A stretch of DNA of 62,224 bases from Spirochaetales bacterium (GTDB lineage: Bacteria; Spirochaetota; Spirochaetia; Treponematales; UBA12059): positions 1-62,224 of the forward strand of contig JAFGJV010000016.1 in assembly GCA_016928955.1 (NCBI GenBank), written 5' to 3'. Positions 29,216 to 38,831 of the stretch are shown piece by piece. Each line of letters opens with the position of its first letter. Positions within the stretch are counted from its first letter, which is position 1. A program made the translations under genes and the position numbers. The notes beneath the pieces are model-generated. The model was given only the letters and a program-made list of their open reading frames with translations. It ran no database searches and was not told the DNA's origin.

Positions 29216-30733
29216 ATGAATCATCTTGAACGTTTGAGGACCCTGGACGCGGACGCCCGCCTGGTACAGCGCATAGGCGCCGTCCTGGCCTGGGACCAGG
29301 AGACCTATATGCCCCCGGCGGCCATAGAGGAGCGGGGCGACCAGATAGCCTTCATAGAGGCCCTTGCCCACGACAGGCAGACCTCGCCGGAGATCGGCGA
29401 GCACCTGGCCGTGCTCGGCTCCACGGTCGAGCGACCCGAGGGCGACCCCACCTTGCCGCCCCTGGACCGGGCCTATCTCAGGGTGATGCGCCGCGCCTAC
29501 GACCAGGCCACGCGCATACCCACGGAGCTGGTAGCCGAGATGGCCAAGGCCACCAGTTTGTCCCAGGCGGCCTGGGCCAAGGCCCGCGAGACCAACGATT
29601 TTGGCGCCTTTGCCCCCCACCTGTCCAAAATGGTCGAGTTCAACAAACGCATAGCCGCCTGCCTGGACCCGTCCAAGCCGCCGTATGACGTGCTCCTGGA
29701 CCGCTTTGAGGAAGGGGCCACGGAGGCCGGCGTCAAAGCCGTGTTCACGCCCCTGCGCGACGACCTTGTCCAGCTGATGGACAAGATCCGCGCGCGGCCC
29801 CAGGTGGACGACGCCTTCCTCCATGCCGCCTGTCCCGCCGACAAGCAAGCCAAGGCGTCCGAGTACCTGCTGGCGGCCCTGTCCTTTGACCGGGACCGCG
29901 GCCGCATGGACACCACGGCCCATCCCTTTACCACCACCCTGGGCAGGGACGACGTGCGCATCACCACCCGCTACGTGGAGGACTATTTCCCGTCCAGCGC
30001 CTTCAGCACCATCCACGAGTGCGGCCACGCCCTGTACGAGCTGGGCATAGACCCGGCGCCCGAATACCGCCGCACGGGCCTGGCCGACGCGTCCAGCATG
30101 GCCGTCCACGAGTCCCAGTCGCGCATGTGGGAGAACATGGTCGGCCGCTCGCGCGGTTTCTGGGCCAAGCACCTGCCGGAGTTCCAGCGCATGCTGGCGC
30201 CCGTCCTTGACGGCGTCGACCTGAACGCCTTCTACAAGGCAGTCAACCGCGTGGAGCCCAGCCTGATCCGCACCGAGGCCGACGAAGTAACCTACGGCCT
30301 GCACATCATTCTCCGCTTCGAGCTGGAGTCGGACCTTGTGGCCGGGCGCCTGGCCGTGGCCGATGTGCCGGCCGCCTGGAACGAGCGCATGCAGCGCCTC
30401 CTGGGCGTGACTCCTCCCAATGACGCCAAGGGCTGCCTCCAGGACATACACTGGTCCATGGGAGCCATCGGGTATTTCCCCAGCTACGCCCTGGGCAACC
30501 TGTACGCCGCCCAGCTCTGGGACGCCATGAAGGCCCAGGGGCTGGACCCGGTGGCAGCCGTGGACAAAGGCGACCTGGCGTCCATACTGGCCTGGCTCAG
30601 GGACAAGGTGCACAAGCCCGGCGCGTCCATGAAACCGGAGGATCTTCTGAGATCGGCAACGGGCTCCGGCCTGGATCCCTCGCATTTTGTCCGTTACCTG
30701 AACCACAAGTACGGGGAGGTGTATGGGTTCTGA
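29216..30733 (+). CDS. Carboxypeptidase, family M32 (Taq-type)
   Basis: WDQETYMP, HPF, HECGH, HESQSR, IRTEADE, QDIHW, GYFPSYALG. Confidence 0.95.
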   Translation: MNHLERLRTLDADARLVQRIGAVLAWDQETYMPPAAIEERGDQIAFIEALAHDRQTSPEIGEHLAVLGSTVERPEGDPTLPPLDRAYLRVMRRAYDQATRIPTELVAEMAKATSLSQAAWAKARETNDFGAFAPHLSKMVEFNKRIAACLDPSKPPYDVLLDRFEEGATEAGVKAVFTPLRDDLVQLMDKIRARPQVDDAFLHAACPADKQAKASEYLLAALSFDRDRGRMDTTAHPFTTTLGRDDVRITTRYVEDYFPSSAFSTIHECGHALYELGIDPAPEYRRTGLADASSMAVHESQSRMWENMVGRSRGFWAKHLPEFQRMLAPVLDGVDLNAFYKAVNRVEPSLIRTEADEVTYGLHIILRFELESDLVAGRLAVADVPAAWNERMQRLLGVTPPNDAKGCLQDIHWSMGAIGYFPSYALGNLYAAQLWDAMKAQGLDPVAAVDKGDLASILAWLRDKVHKPGASMKPEDLLRSATGSGLDPSHFVRYLNHKYGEVYGF

Positions 30734-31487
30734 GGCTGCCCTGGGCCAGGCGGCCTGCGCTCTCATGGCTGCCGCCGCGGCTCTGGCCTTGGCAGCCGTC
30801 CTGGCATTGCGCCGCGCGTTCAAGTGGGGCAGGCGGCCGGGCCTGTCGGCCCTGTTTCTGGCCTTGAGCGCCGGGGCAGCGGCCGCCGCGTGGGCGTGCA
30901 TAGCCGTGGTACGCACGGGCATGGGCTCAGGCGACCTGCTGGGCTGGGCGCTCGCGGGGGCAGCCGTCGGCGCGCTGGTGGGCAGCTTTCCCCGGGCCGG
31001 CGGGGCAGCCGTCCTCAGCCTGGTCGCCCTGGGCTTGTTCCTCGGGCTGGCTGAAACCAGGGCCTGGCATCCATGGAAGGACGGCGCCGAGCTGGCCGCG
31101 CTCACCGTGTACGACGCGGCGGACGACCATACCCTCTGCGTCCTGTCCGTACCGCGCCGCAATGCCGTGCCGGTGCTCAAGGACATACGCCTTCCTCCCG
31201 GCGACCTGGCCGTGGAGCTGGCCGTCCTCAACGTCCGGGGTCCCCTGGCGTGGCTTTCCGGGCCTCGTTTCTACCGGCTCCGCTCCATCAAGGTGGGTCC
31301 GGCAACGCATGAGCTCCCGATGAACCGCGGCGTCGTGGAAATCCTGGACCCGGCCTGGATATGGCTCGGGCCGGCCCTGGGCTTGACCGGTATCGGCTTG
31401 TCCACCGACTCTTTTTCCGCCGAGGACCTGGCGTCGGCGCGCGTGCTGTCCGGGAAAAACGGCCTCCCGGTACTTGAACTGGACTGA
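30723..31487 (+). CDS. Hypothetical membrane protein
   Basis: About four hydrophobic helices; overlaps the upstream gene. Confidence 0.65.
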   Translation: MGSEAALGQAACALMAAAAALALAAVLALRRAFKWGRRPGLSALFLALSAGAAAAAWACIAVVRTGMGSGDLLGWALAGAAVGALVGSFPRAGGAAVLSLVALGLFLGLAETRAWHPWKDGAELAALTVYDAADDHTLCVLSVPRRNAVPVLKDIRLPPGDLAVELAVLNVRGPLAWLSGPRFYRLRSIKVGPATHELPMNRGVVEILDPAWIWLGPALGLTGIGLSTDSFSAEDLASARVLSGKNGLPVLELD

Positions 31488-31508
31488 CATCAAAGCTTCG
31501 GCACACTA

Positions 31509-31542
31509 GGGGGCCTCTAAAAGCTTCAGTTTAGAGGTTCCC
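31509..31542. mobile_element. Short palindromic MITE/REP, family 1
   Basis: GGGGGCCTCTAAAAGCTTCAGTTTAGAGGTTCCC; flanks ACTA/ACGA. Confidence 0.75.
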
Positions 31543-31573
31543 ACGATGCTACATCTGACGAGGAGACGGCTCC

Positions 31574-32944
31574 ATGACCACCAGCGAGCGTTATGACGAC
31601 ATCAGGGCCAGGCTCAGGGCCGGAACCGCGCGCGTGTTCACGGCCAGCGAGTTCAAGGCCCTTGCCGACACGGCCGCACCCGACGAACTGGCCCGGGCGG
31701 CCGACGTCGTTACGGTGGCAACTTTCGCGCCCATGTGTTCAAGCGGCGTGCTCATCAATTTCGGGCACGACAGCCCGCCCCTCCGCATGGAGGACATCAG
31801 CCTGGACGGGGTGCCGGCGTACGGAGGCGTGGCCGCGGTGGACGCCTATCTGGGAGCCACGGCCGAACTGCCCGGCAACCCGGAGTACGGCGGCGCCCAC
31901 GTGATAGAAGCCCTGGTTCGCGGCCAGACCGTCCGTCTCCGCGCCACGGGCAAGGGCACGGACTGCTATCCGGGCAGGGCGGCCGACGCGCTTGTGGCCA
32001 TGGACGACCTCAACGACTTCCGTTTCCTCAATCCACGCAACGTGTACCAGAACTACGGGGCCGCTGCCAACTCCGGCGACTCGACCCTGCGCACCTACCT
32101 GGGCATACTCGCGCCGCGCCTGGGCACCGTGGGGTACGCTACTTCGGGCGAGCTCAGCCCCCTCCTGAACGACCCTGAGCTCCGTACGGTCGGCGTGGGC
32201 ACGCCCGTCTGGGTGGCCGGCTCGGTCGGCATGGTGATCGGGCCCGGCACCCAGTACAACACGGACGTGGAGCTGGACGACGCCGGTCTGCCGGTGGCGG
32301 GCGCCCGGACCCTGGCCATCACGGCGGACGCAAGGTCGGCCGATCCGCGCTTTGTGGCCGCCGCCCGCGTGTCCGGTTACGGGGTGTCCCTATTCATGGG
32401 CATAGGCCTGGCCATACCCGTGCTGGACGCCGACCTGGCCAGGCGCCTGTCCGTCCGGGACAGCGACATCACGGTGCTGGTGCGCGACTACGCCAAACCG
32501 GACCATCCCGTGCTCCTGCGCACCACCTACGCCAAGCTCCGCTCCGGCGCCGTGGATATCCAGGGCGTCAGCGCCCGTACCTCGCCCAGCTCGTCGTTGG
32601 CCAAGGCCAGGCTGATCATGGCCGAGCTCAAGGCCGCCGTGCTGGACGGCCGCTTTCCCATCCGGCCGCCCCTGGAAGCCTTGCCCGAGCGGGCCGGCCT
32701 GAAAGGCCTGGCCAAGGGGCGCCCGCCAGCCCCGCGGCCCGAACCCGCGCGCTCGGGTCCGGCCGGGTACGCCCGGTCGCTCTGCGTGGACTGCGGGGCC
32801 TGCGTGGCCCACTGTCCGGCGGGAGCCCTGGCCATGGGACCGCCCGACTGGGTTCTCCGCTACGACGCCGGCCTGTGCGACGCGTGCGGCGCCTGCGTGC
32901 CTGCCTGTCCGAGGAAGGCCTTCCAGGTGGCCGGAAGGTCGTGA
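31574..32944 (+). CDS. DUF39 homocysteine biosynthesis protein (aspartate-semialdehyde sulfurtransferase-like) fused to a 2x[4Fe-4S] ferredoxin
   Basis: DVVTVATFAPMCSSG, VDAYLGAT, YGGAHVIE, GTDCYP, NPRNVYQNY, GELSPLLNDP; CVDCGACVAHCP and CDACGACVPACP. Confidence 0.88.
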   Translation: MTTSERYDDIRARLRAGTARVFTASEFKALADTAAPDELARAADVVTVATFAPMCSSGVLINFGHDSPPLRMEDISLDGVPAYGGVAAVDAYLGATAELPGNPEYGGAHVIEALVRGQTVRLRATGKGTDCYPGRAADALVAMDDLNDFRFLNPRNVYQNYGAAANSGDSTLRTYLGILAPRLGTVGYATSGELSPLLNDPELRTVGVGTPVWVAGSVGMVIGPGTQYNTDVELDDAGLPVAGARTLAITADARSADPRFVAAARVSGYGVSLFMGIGLAIPVLDADLARRLSVRDSDITVLVRDYAKPDHPVLLRTTYAKLRSGAVDIQGVSARTSPSSSLAKARLIMAELKAAVLDGRFPIRPPLEALPERAGLKGLAKGRPPAPRPEPARSGPAGYARSLCVDCGACVAHCPAGALAMGPPDWVLRYDAGLCDACGACVPACPRKAFQVAGRS

Positions 32945-33750
32945 GCGGCATCCTTCCCAGCGATTACGGCGCGCCTCTGGCCCGGTCGTACCGCTGGAGC
33001 CTGGCCCATGGACGTTTCCGTTTCTTCCGTATTCGGGAAGCCCAGAGCGACATCCTGCTGGGCGTGAGCCCCGCCGCCTATACCCCGGAACTGGCCCTGG
33101 CCGCCGCCACGGCACTGTCGGAAGCCAGACGCCGGATACAGCTCTGGCTGGACGCCTACCCGCGGGCAGGCGCGTCGTACGCTCCCGTGCCCCGCCCAGC
33201 CACGCCAGGCGCGCCGTGGACCGCCCGCCCTCTTTTGGACATGCTGGACGCGTCGGACGCCGCCGGCGTGGGGCCCATGGCCGCTGTGGCCGGCGCCATA
33301 GCCGACTGGGTGCTGGACGCCGTGCTTACCGGCCTGGCTGAGCGTGGGGCGGAAGCTGAGGCCATGGCCGAGAACGGCGGCGACTGCGCCATCCTGGCCT
33401 GGGCGCCGCTCAGGGTGGCCATGGCCGCACCCGGCAGCCCTTTTGGGGACCTGGCCGGACTGGAACTGCCCCCAGGCCGCTGGGGCGTGGCAACATCGTC
33501 CGGCAGGCTTGGCCACTCAGCAAGCCTGGGAAAGGCCGACGCGTGCACTGCGGTGGCTTCCGGGGCCGCCCTGGCCGACGCCTGGGCCACGGCCATGGCC
33601 AACCGGGTAGGCGGCCCCGCCGACGTGGAGGACGCGGTAGCCCAAGTCGAGCGCGACAATGGTCCCCTGGCCGCCTTTGCCTGCACCGGGGGCCGGGCAG
33701 CCTACCGTGGGACCTTTCCCCTGCTGGCCGGCGGCTCCGTGGTCGCGTAA
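32941..33750 (+). CDS. UPF0280 / ApbE-like protein
   Basis: VGPMAAVAGAIA, ENGGD, GVATSSGRLGHSASLGKADA, ADAWATA. Confidence 0.88.
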   Translation: MSGILPSDYGAPLARSYRWSLAHGRFRFFRIREAQSDILLGVSPAAYTPELALAAATALSEARRRIQLWLDAYPRAGASYAPVPRPATPGAPWTARPLLDMLDASDAAGVGPMAAVAGAIADWVLDAVLTGLAERGAEAEAMAENGGDCAILAWAPLRVAMAAPGSPFGDLAGLELPPGRWGVATSSGRLGHSASLGKADACTAVASGAALADAWATAMANRVGGPADVEDAVAQVERDNGPLAAFACTGGRAAYRGTFPLLAGGSVVA

Positions 33751-33779
33751 AAAAAAACGGGCCCCCCGAGGGGAGCCCG
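33749..33779 (-). terminator. Intrinsic terminator for the malY-like gene
   Basis: Minus strand CGGGCTCCCCTCGGGGGGCCCG followed by a long T run. Confidence 0.7.
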
Positions 33780-33802
33780 CCGCGTCGTCGCCTATGCCTT
33801 TA

Positions 33803-33838
33803 GGGAACCTCTAAAAACTGCAGTTTTTAGAGGCCCCC
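33803..33838. mobile_element. Short palindromic MITE/REP, family 1
   Basis: GGGAACCTCTAAAAACTGCAGTTTTTAGAGGCCCCC; orphan arm GTTTTTAGATGCTGC follows. Confidence 0.8.
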
Positions 33839-33858
33839 TTCGGTTTTTAGATGCTGCT

Positions 33859-35028
33859 TTACGAAGACGGACCAAAGGCCGCGCCCAGGCGCCTGACCGC
33901 CTCGTCAACGGTGGCGCGGGGACAGCCAAAGTTGAGCCGCGCCCAGCCGTCCCCGCCCGTGCCAAAGCGGCTGCCGGCGTCCAGCCATAGCCCGGCCTTG
34001 GACAAAAGCTCAGCGTGCACGTTGCCCGCCAGCCCCGCGCCCCGGAAGTCTATCCAGGCCAGGAAGGTGCCCTCGCAGGGCGACACCTTGAGCGCGGGGG
34101 CCTTGGCCCCAAGGCCGGCCACCAGCGCGTCGTAATTGCCGCGCAGGAAGGGCATAAGCTCGTCCAGCCAAGGGCCGCCGTGCTCGTAGGCCGCCTGCGC
34201 GGCTATGGTGCCAAAGCAATTGGGCACGCCCACGCCTGACGCCTCGCCGTCCTTGGCAAAGGCCGCCCTGAGCCCGTCGTTGGGTATGACGATGTATGAC
34301 GTCTGGAGGCCGGCTATGTTGAAGGTCTTGCTCGGCGCCCAGCAGGCCAGAAGCCTTTGGTTCAGGCGTTCCGAGACGGCCAGCGAAGGCACGTGCACGT
34401 TTGGCCGGTACACCAGGTCCGCGTGGATCTCGTCCGCCACCACGATCGCGTCGTGGCGCTCCGCTATCTCGGCCACGGCTTCCAGCTCGCCGCGGGTCCA
34501 AACGCGGCCCACCGGGTTGTGCGGCGAGCACAGCACGATCAGCTTGGATTGGGCCGCGGCCCTGTCCAGGGCCGCCAGGTCCAGCTTGTAGGCGCCGTCT
34601 GCGACCAGGAGGGGAGCCTCCCTGACCACGCGCCCGTTGGCCTCTATCAGGTGGGCAAAGGGATGGTACACCGGCGGCATGATGGTCACGCCGTCGCCGG
34701 GCGCGGAAAACGCCCTGATGGCCGACGCTATGGCCGGCACGATGCCGGGGCTGAACTCTATCCATTCCCGCCGCATGTCCACGCCGTAGCGCGTTTTCAT
34801 CCATGCCATGTACGACGAATAGTAGCCGTCGGGTTTGCCCGCGTAGCCGTACACGGGATGGGCCGCCCGTCCGTGTATGGCGTCCAGCACGGCCGGCGGG
34901 GCGGCCAGGTCCATGTCGGCTATCCACATGGGCAGTATGTCGTCACGGTCGGGACAACAACCATCCAGATAGCTCCATTTGAGGCAGTCGTGGGGTATTC
35001 GGTCCAGGGGGGTTGAAAAATCGAACAT
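33859..35028 (-). CDS. MalY/PatB-family PLP-dependent C-S lyase
   Basis: LPMWIADMD, CSPHNPVGRVW, DEIHADL, PSKTFNIAGL, RLNFGCPR. Confidence 0.93.
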   Translation of the reverse strand: MFDFSTPLDRIPHDCLKWSYLDGCCPDRDDILPMWIADMDLAAPPAVLDAIHGRAAHPVYGYAGKPDGYYSSYMAWMKTRYGVDMRREWIEFSPGIVPAIASAIRAFSAPGDGVTIMPPVYHPFAHLIEANGRVVREAPLLVADGAYKLDLAALDRAAAQSKLIVLCSPHNPVGRVWTRGELEAVAEIAERHDAIVVADEIHADLVYRPNVHVPSLAVSERLNQRLLACWAPSKTFNIAGLQTSYIVIPNDGLRAAFAKDGEASGVGVPNCFGTIAAQAAYEHGGPWLDELMPFLRGNYDALVAGLGAKAPALKVSPCEGTFLAWIDFRGAGLAGNVHAELLSKAGLWLDAGSRFGTGGDGWARLNFGCPRATVDEAVRRLGAAFGPSS

Positions 35029-35040
35029 GGCGGCTCCCTC

Positions 35041-35415
35041 TTACAGGGCCGCTATGGCTTCGATTTCCACGAGGCCTCCCTTGGGCAGGCCGGCCACCGC
35101 TATGGTCGAGCGTGCGGGTTTGTCGCCCTGGAAAAAGGACCCGTACACCTCGTTGACCACGGCGAAATTGTCCATGGTGGTGAGAAATATGGTGGTCTTG
35201 ACCACGGAATCCAGGCTGCCCCCGGCCGCCTCGCACACGGCCTTGAGGTTCAGCATGGCGCGCTCGGCCTGGGCGCGGACGCCGTCGGCCAGCTGGCCGC
35301 TTGCGGGGTCCAGGCCGAGCTGGCCCGAACAGAACAGGTAGCCGCCTGAGACCACGGCCTGGGAATAGGGACCTATGGCTCCTGGCGCTCCGCCGGTCGC
35401 TATGACCTTCTTCAT
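35041..35415 (-). CDS. ridA: RidA-family reactive imine deaminase
   Basis: IGPYSQA, SGQLGLDP, VVKTTIFL, PARS, LPKGGLVEIE. Confidence 0.92.
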   Translation of the reverse strand: MKKVIATGGAPGAIGPYSQAVVSGGYLFCSGQLGLDPASGQLADGVRAQAERAMLNLKAVCEAAGGSLDSVVKTTIFLTTMDNFAVVNEVYGSFFQGDKPARSTIAVAGLPKGGLVEIEAIAAL

Positions 35416-35554
35416 GGGGATCCTCCTTTTGCGCCGGCAAGGGGTAGCCCGGCCGACCGTTCCAGTATGCCCCCATGGCGGGAAGCGTGTCAAACAAAGG
35501 AGCCGGCGGCCGGTGCCCTGGCGTACCCCGGCCCGGCCGGTCTATACTGGCCGC

Positions 35555-36925
35555 GTGCTGGCCGTACTGCTCGCCGTCAACGCCCGCTTTACCCATTCCA
35601 ACCTGGCCTTGCGCTACATCCGCAACGCCATGGGGGAGGCCTGCCCGGACGGCCGCCTGCGCGTTGAGCTGCGCGAGTACCAGATCAACCAAAACCGCCT
35701 GGACATAGTACGGGACCTGGCCGCCCTCAAGCCGGACGCCATTCTCCTGTCCGTCTATATATGGAACGCCGAGCTCTTGGGCGCCATCCTGCCCGACCTC
35801 AGGTCCCTCTTGCCGGACTGCCGCCTGATCGCAGGCGGGCCGGAAGCCGGTTACGACGCCGACGCCTGGCTAAAGCGGCATCCTGAGCTGGACCTGGTGG
35901 TCCAGGGTCCGGGAGAGCGGGCGGCGGCCGAGCTTGTCCAGCGTCGCTTTGACACGTCGGCATGGCCGGACCGCGTCCTCAAAGCCGTCCCGGTGCCCCT
36001 GTCCGGCCTGCCCTTTCCGTACCGTCCCGACGATTGGGGCAAACTGGACCACCGCTACGTGTACTACGAGACCAGCCGCGGCTGTCCCTTCCGCTGCTCC
36101 TACTGCCTGTCGTCTAGGGACGACCAACGGCCGGACCTGCGCGACCTGGGCATGGTGATGGACGAGCTGGACCTGTTGGCCGGGCGCGGTCCTGCGCTGG
36201 TCAAGCTGGTGGACCGCAGCTTCAACGCCCCGCCCGAGCGGGCCCGCGCCATCTGGGAGCGCCTGATACGCAAGCACGGGCGCGGCCAGACGCGCTGGCA
36301 TTTTGAGGTGCACCCAAGGTTTTTGGGCAACGACGATTTCCGGCTCCTGGCCGACGCGCCGGCGGGCCTGTTTCAGTTCGAGCTGGGCGTGCAGACCGTC
36401 CACGACGCCGGCCGCGCCCTGGTGGACAGGCCGGCGGGCTGGGCCCGCGAGCGGGACGCCATCCGAGAACTGAAGCGCCTGGGCACCGTGCCCCTGCACC
36501 TGGACATACTGGCCGGCCTTCCCGGCGAGGGGCTTACCCAGCTGGGCCAGTCCTTTGACCAGGCGGCGGCCCTGGAGCCCGAGCATATCCAGCTGGGCGT
36601 GCTCAAGGGCCTGCCCGGTACCGCCCTGCGCGAGCGGGCCCCGTCCTTTGGCATGGTGTTCCAGGCACGGCCGCCCTACGCCACGCTCCGCACGGACGCC
36701 CTGAGCTCCGAGGATCTTGCCCTGGCCGCCCGCGTGGCCGAGCTGGTTGAGGGCGTGGGCAACTCCGGCCTGTTCGCCGAGCGCCTGAGCAGGGGCTATG
36801 CGCGGCATGGAGGCCCCTGGGCTTTCTACCTGGCCCTGGACGGGCACTGCGCGTCCGCCGGCTTTGACCTGCGCACGCGCAACCGGGAAAAGCTGGGTTC
36901 GGTGCTGGACGCGTTTCTGGGCTAA
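35555..36925 (+). CDS. B12-binding-domain radical SAM protein
   Basis: HSNLALRY, SVYIWN, YYETSRGCPFRCSYC, VKLVDRSFN. Confidence 0.88.
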   Translation: MLAVLLAVNARFTHSNLALRYIRNAMGEACPDGRLRVELREYQINQNRLDIVRDLAALKPDAILLSVYIWNAELLGAILPDLRSLLPDCRLIAGGPEAGYDADAWLKRHPELDLVVQGPGERAAAELVQRRFDTSAWPDRVLKAVPVPLSGLPFPYRPDDWGKLDHRYVYYETSRGCPFRCSYCLSSRDDQRPDLRDLGMVMDELDLLAGRGPALVKLVDRSFNAPPERARAIWERLIRKHGRGQTRWHFEVHPRFLGNDDFRLLADAPAGLFQFELGVQTVHDAGRALVDRPAGWARERDAIRELKRLGTVPLHLDILAGLPGEGLTQLGQSFDQAAALEPEHIQLGVLKGLPGTALRERAPSFGMVFQARPPYATLRTDALSSEDLALAARVAELVEGVGNSGLFAERLSRGYARHGGPWAFYLALDGHCASAGFDLRTRNREKLGSVLDAFLG

Positions 36926-37059
36926 GGCTCCGGCCGCGGACGTACGGTGCGGGCTCCGAAAGGCCATACATCCCGCCCGGACTGGCGGCTCTGTGTTGAC
37001 GCGGGCTGGCCTTTGTCTCATGATGGAAGCAAGCGACGCGCCGTCGCGAGGAGGCTTCC

Positions 37060-37674
37060 ATGCTGTCCCTCTTGTCCCGCCTGTTCGGTCTCATGGCCTT
37101 CCCGAGCAAGCGCCGGATGTTCACCACGCTGGCCGTCATCCTGGCGGCCGCCCTGGTCCTCCCCACCGTGCTCAAGCCCCTGACCGATTTCCTGGCCCTG
37201 GGCCCGCGCGTCAATTTCATCGTCAAGCTCAACGAGCTGGACCGCGCAAAGATGAAGGAGCCCCTGCTCAAGGAAAGCTATGACCGGGTGCTCAAGGACT
37301 TTGCCGGGACTGAGGCCGCGCCAGCGCTTACACCCAAACCGGCGCCCAAACCCGCCCCCGCCAAGGACGGCGAGGTGAAAAAGCCCTTCTTCCTGGCGCC
37401 CTTCTTTGCGGCCGACAAGCTGGCCTACCTGGCCGCGGGAGCGGCGTTCTGGCTGATCATGGCCGTGCTTGCCCTCTTTGCCGAGGGAGCCAAGCCGGTA
37501 CTGCGCCTGGGAGCCTTCCTGATATTCTGCCTGCTTGCCCTGGCCGGGGGACTGGTATCGGTGCTGGTGGGGCCGCTGTCGCCCTTCGCGGTCCACCTGG
37601 CCGTCATGGCCGCGGCCGAGCTTCTGCTTGCCGCCGTTGTGGGCACCTTTGTCCGGGAGCTCAACGGACGCTAG
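37060..37674 (+). CDS. Hypothetical membrane protein
   Basis: GGAGG RBS, four hydrophobic segments. Confidence 0.7.
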   Translation: MLSLLSRLFGLMAFPSKRRMFTTLAVILAAALVLPTVLKPLTDFLALGPRVNFIVKLNELDRAKMKEPLLKESYDRVLKDFAGTEAAPALTPKPAPKPAPAKDGEVKKPFFLAPFFAADKLAYLAAGAAFWLIMAVLALFAEGAKPVLRLGAFLIFCLLALAGGLVSVLVGPLSPFAVHLAVMAAAELLLAAVVGTFVRELNGR

Positions 37675-37712
37675 CATTCGGCCAGCGTCGCTACATACGC
37701 GCCGGTCTCCCG

Positions 37713-38831
37713 CTACAGGTCCAGGGGCCGGCGGTTGTCCGCCAGGCGCTTGCCCAGGTAGTCGCGGTCCAGGCCGAGCTCGTTCACGATGCCGCGCAGC
37801 TGGTCGGCCGACAGGAGGTTCTGCTCGGCGTACAGGTAGCACAGGGCACGTTCGGCAATGCACGGCACCTGCAGGGCGTTCAGGTTGCGCGGCTCGGGCC
37901 TGGGTCCGTCCAGGTGCAGGCGTTTGAGGCTGGCGTACAGGCGCGAGCTTTCCATGTTGCCGGCTATGGCCGCCAGCTCGGCCCGCAGTGGCTTAAGGTC
38001 CCCGCGCGACGCGGTTTCCCCCAGCGGCTTGAGCGTGAAGAAGGTGTACTCCTTGCCCGGCAGGTAGTGGTGCTCGTCGCAGCGCGTGCAGTAGTTGGGC
38101 TCGCGCGGGTCGTCCTTGGCGCGGTCGCCCCCTATGATGATCAGCGGGTCAAAGTACAGGGCCGGACACTCGCTTCCGTCCACGGTGTAATACCGGTAGG
38201 TGAACAGGGAATTCTCTATGCAGTCGGGGTGCTCGCAGTACGCCGTAAGCGGAAACACGTCCGTGGCGTTGTCCAGGAGGAGGCGCGCGGTGTGGTTGAA
38301 TATCTCGCGGCGGAAATTGAGCACCAGGGTGGGCAGGATGAACACCAGGCCGCGAGAGTCCGACTCGTTGCGTATCAGGTAGGCCACGCGCTCGTCGTAG
38401 AAGGCCGCCTCGTCCACTATCCAGGTGCCGGCGTCCGGATGGCAGGCCAGGATGGATTCCAGGTCAAACGAGTCGCGCGCGCTGGATATGTCGTCGCCGC
38501 AACGCTCGTAGCCGCCGCGGTAGGCCAGGGCGTCGTCCGGGTAGTCCGGAAAGCGCTCGCGGTCTATGCGGGAGCGGACAAAGTGGATGCGCCTGCGGTC
38601 CGCGCCCGCGGTGGTGGCGACGCCGGCCACGCTGTCGCCCTTGCGCAGGGCCACGCGGGAGTCGCGCCATACCCGGGCGCTGAATTCTGTCTTGCCCGAA
38701 CCCATGGGGCCTATCACCAGGATGCGCCTGGCAGGCTTAATGAAATCGAAATGGTCGTAGGACCGGTGGACGGTTATGTTGGGAAAGCCCAGGCTCCGCA
38801 GGAATTCCCCCTGGCCGTCCGGAGCGCTCAT
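37713..38831 (-). CDS. tdk: Thymidine kinase (long form)
   Basis: IGPMGSGKTE, VDEAAFY, LNFRREIF, PLIIIGG, Cys pairs. Confidence 0.85.
   Translation of the reverse strand: MSAPDGQGEFLRSLGFPNITVHRSYDHFDFIKPARRILVIGPMGSGKTEFSARVWRDSRVALRKGDSVAGVATTAGADRRRIHFVRSRIDRERFPDYPDDALAYRGGYERCGDDISSARDSFDLESILACHPDAGTWIVDEAAFYDERVAYLIRNESDSRGLVFILPTLVLNFRREIFNHTARLLLDNATDVFPLTAYCEHPDCIENSLFTYRYYTVDGSECPALYFDPLIIIGGDRAKDDPREPNYCTRCDEHHYLPGKEYTFFTLKPLGETASRGDLKPLRAELAAIAGNMESSRLYASLKRLHLDGPRPEPRNLNALQVPCIAERALCYLYAEQNLLSADQLRGIVNELGLDRDYLGKRLADNRRPLDL

Noticed and set aside
15905..31231. Long antisense or alternate-frame ORFs (e.g. 15905-17923, 29045-31231)
   Set aside because: Shadow ORFs of high-GC coding sequence overlapping well-supported genes
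37025..37059. Leader hairpin around the SD (GGAAGC/GCTTCC) as an RNA thermometer
   Set aside because: The SD sits in an unpaired internal loop; no further support
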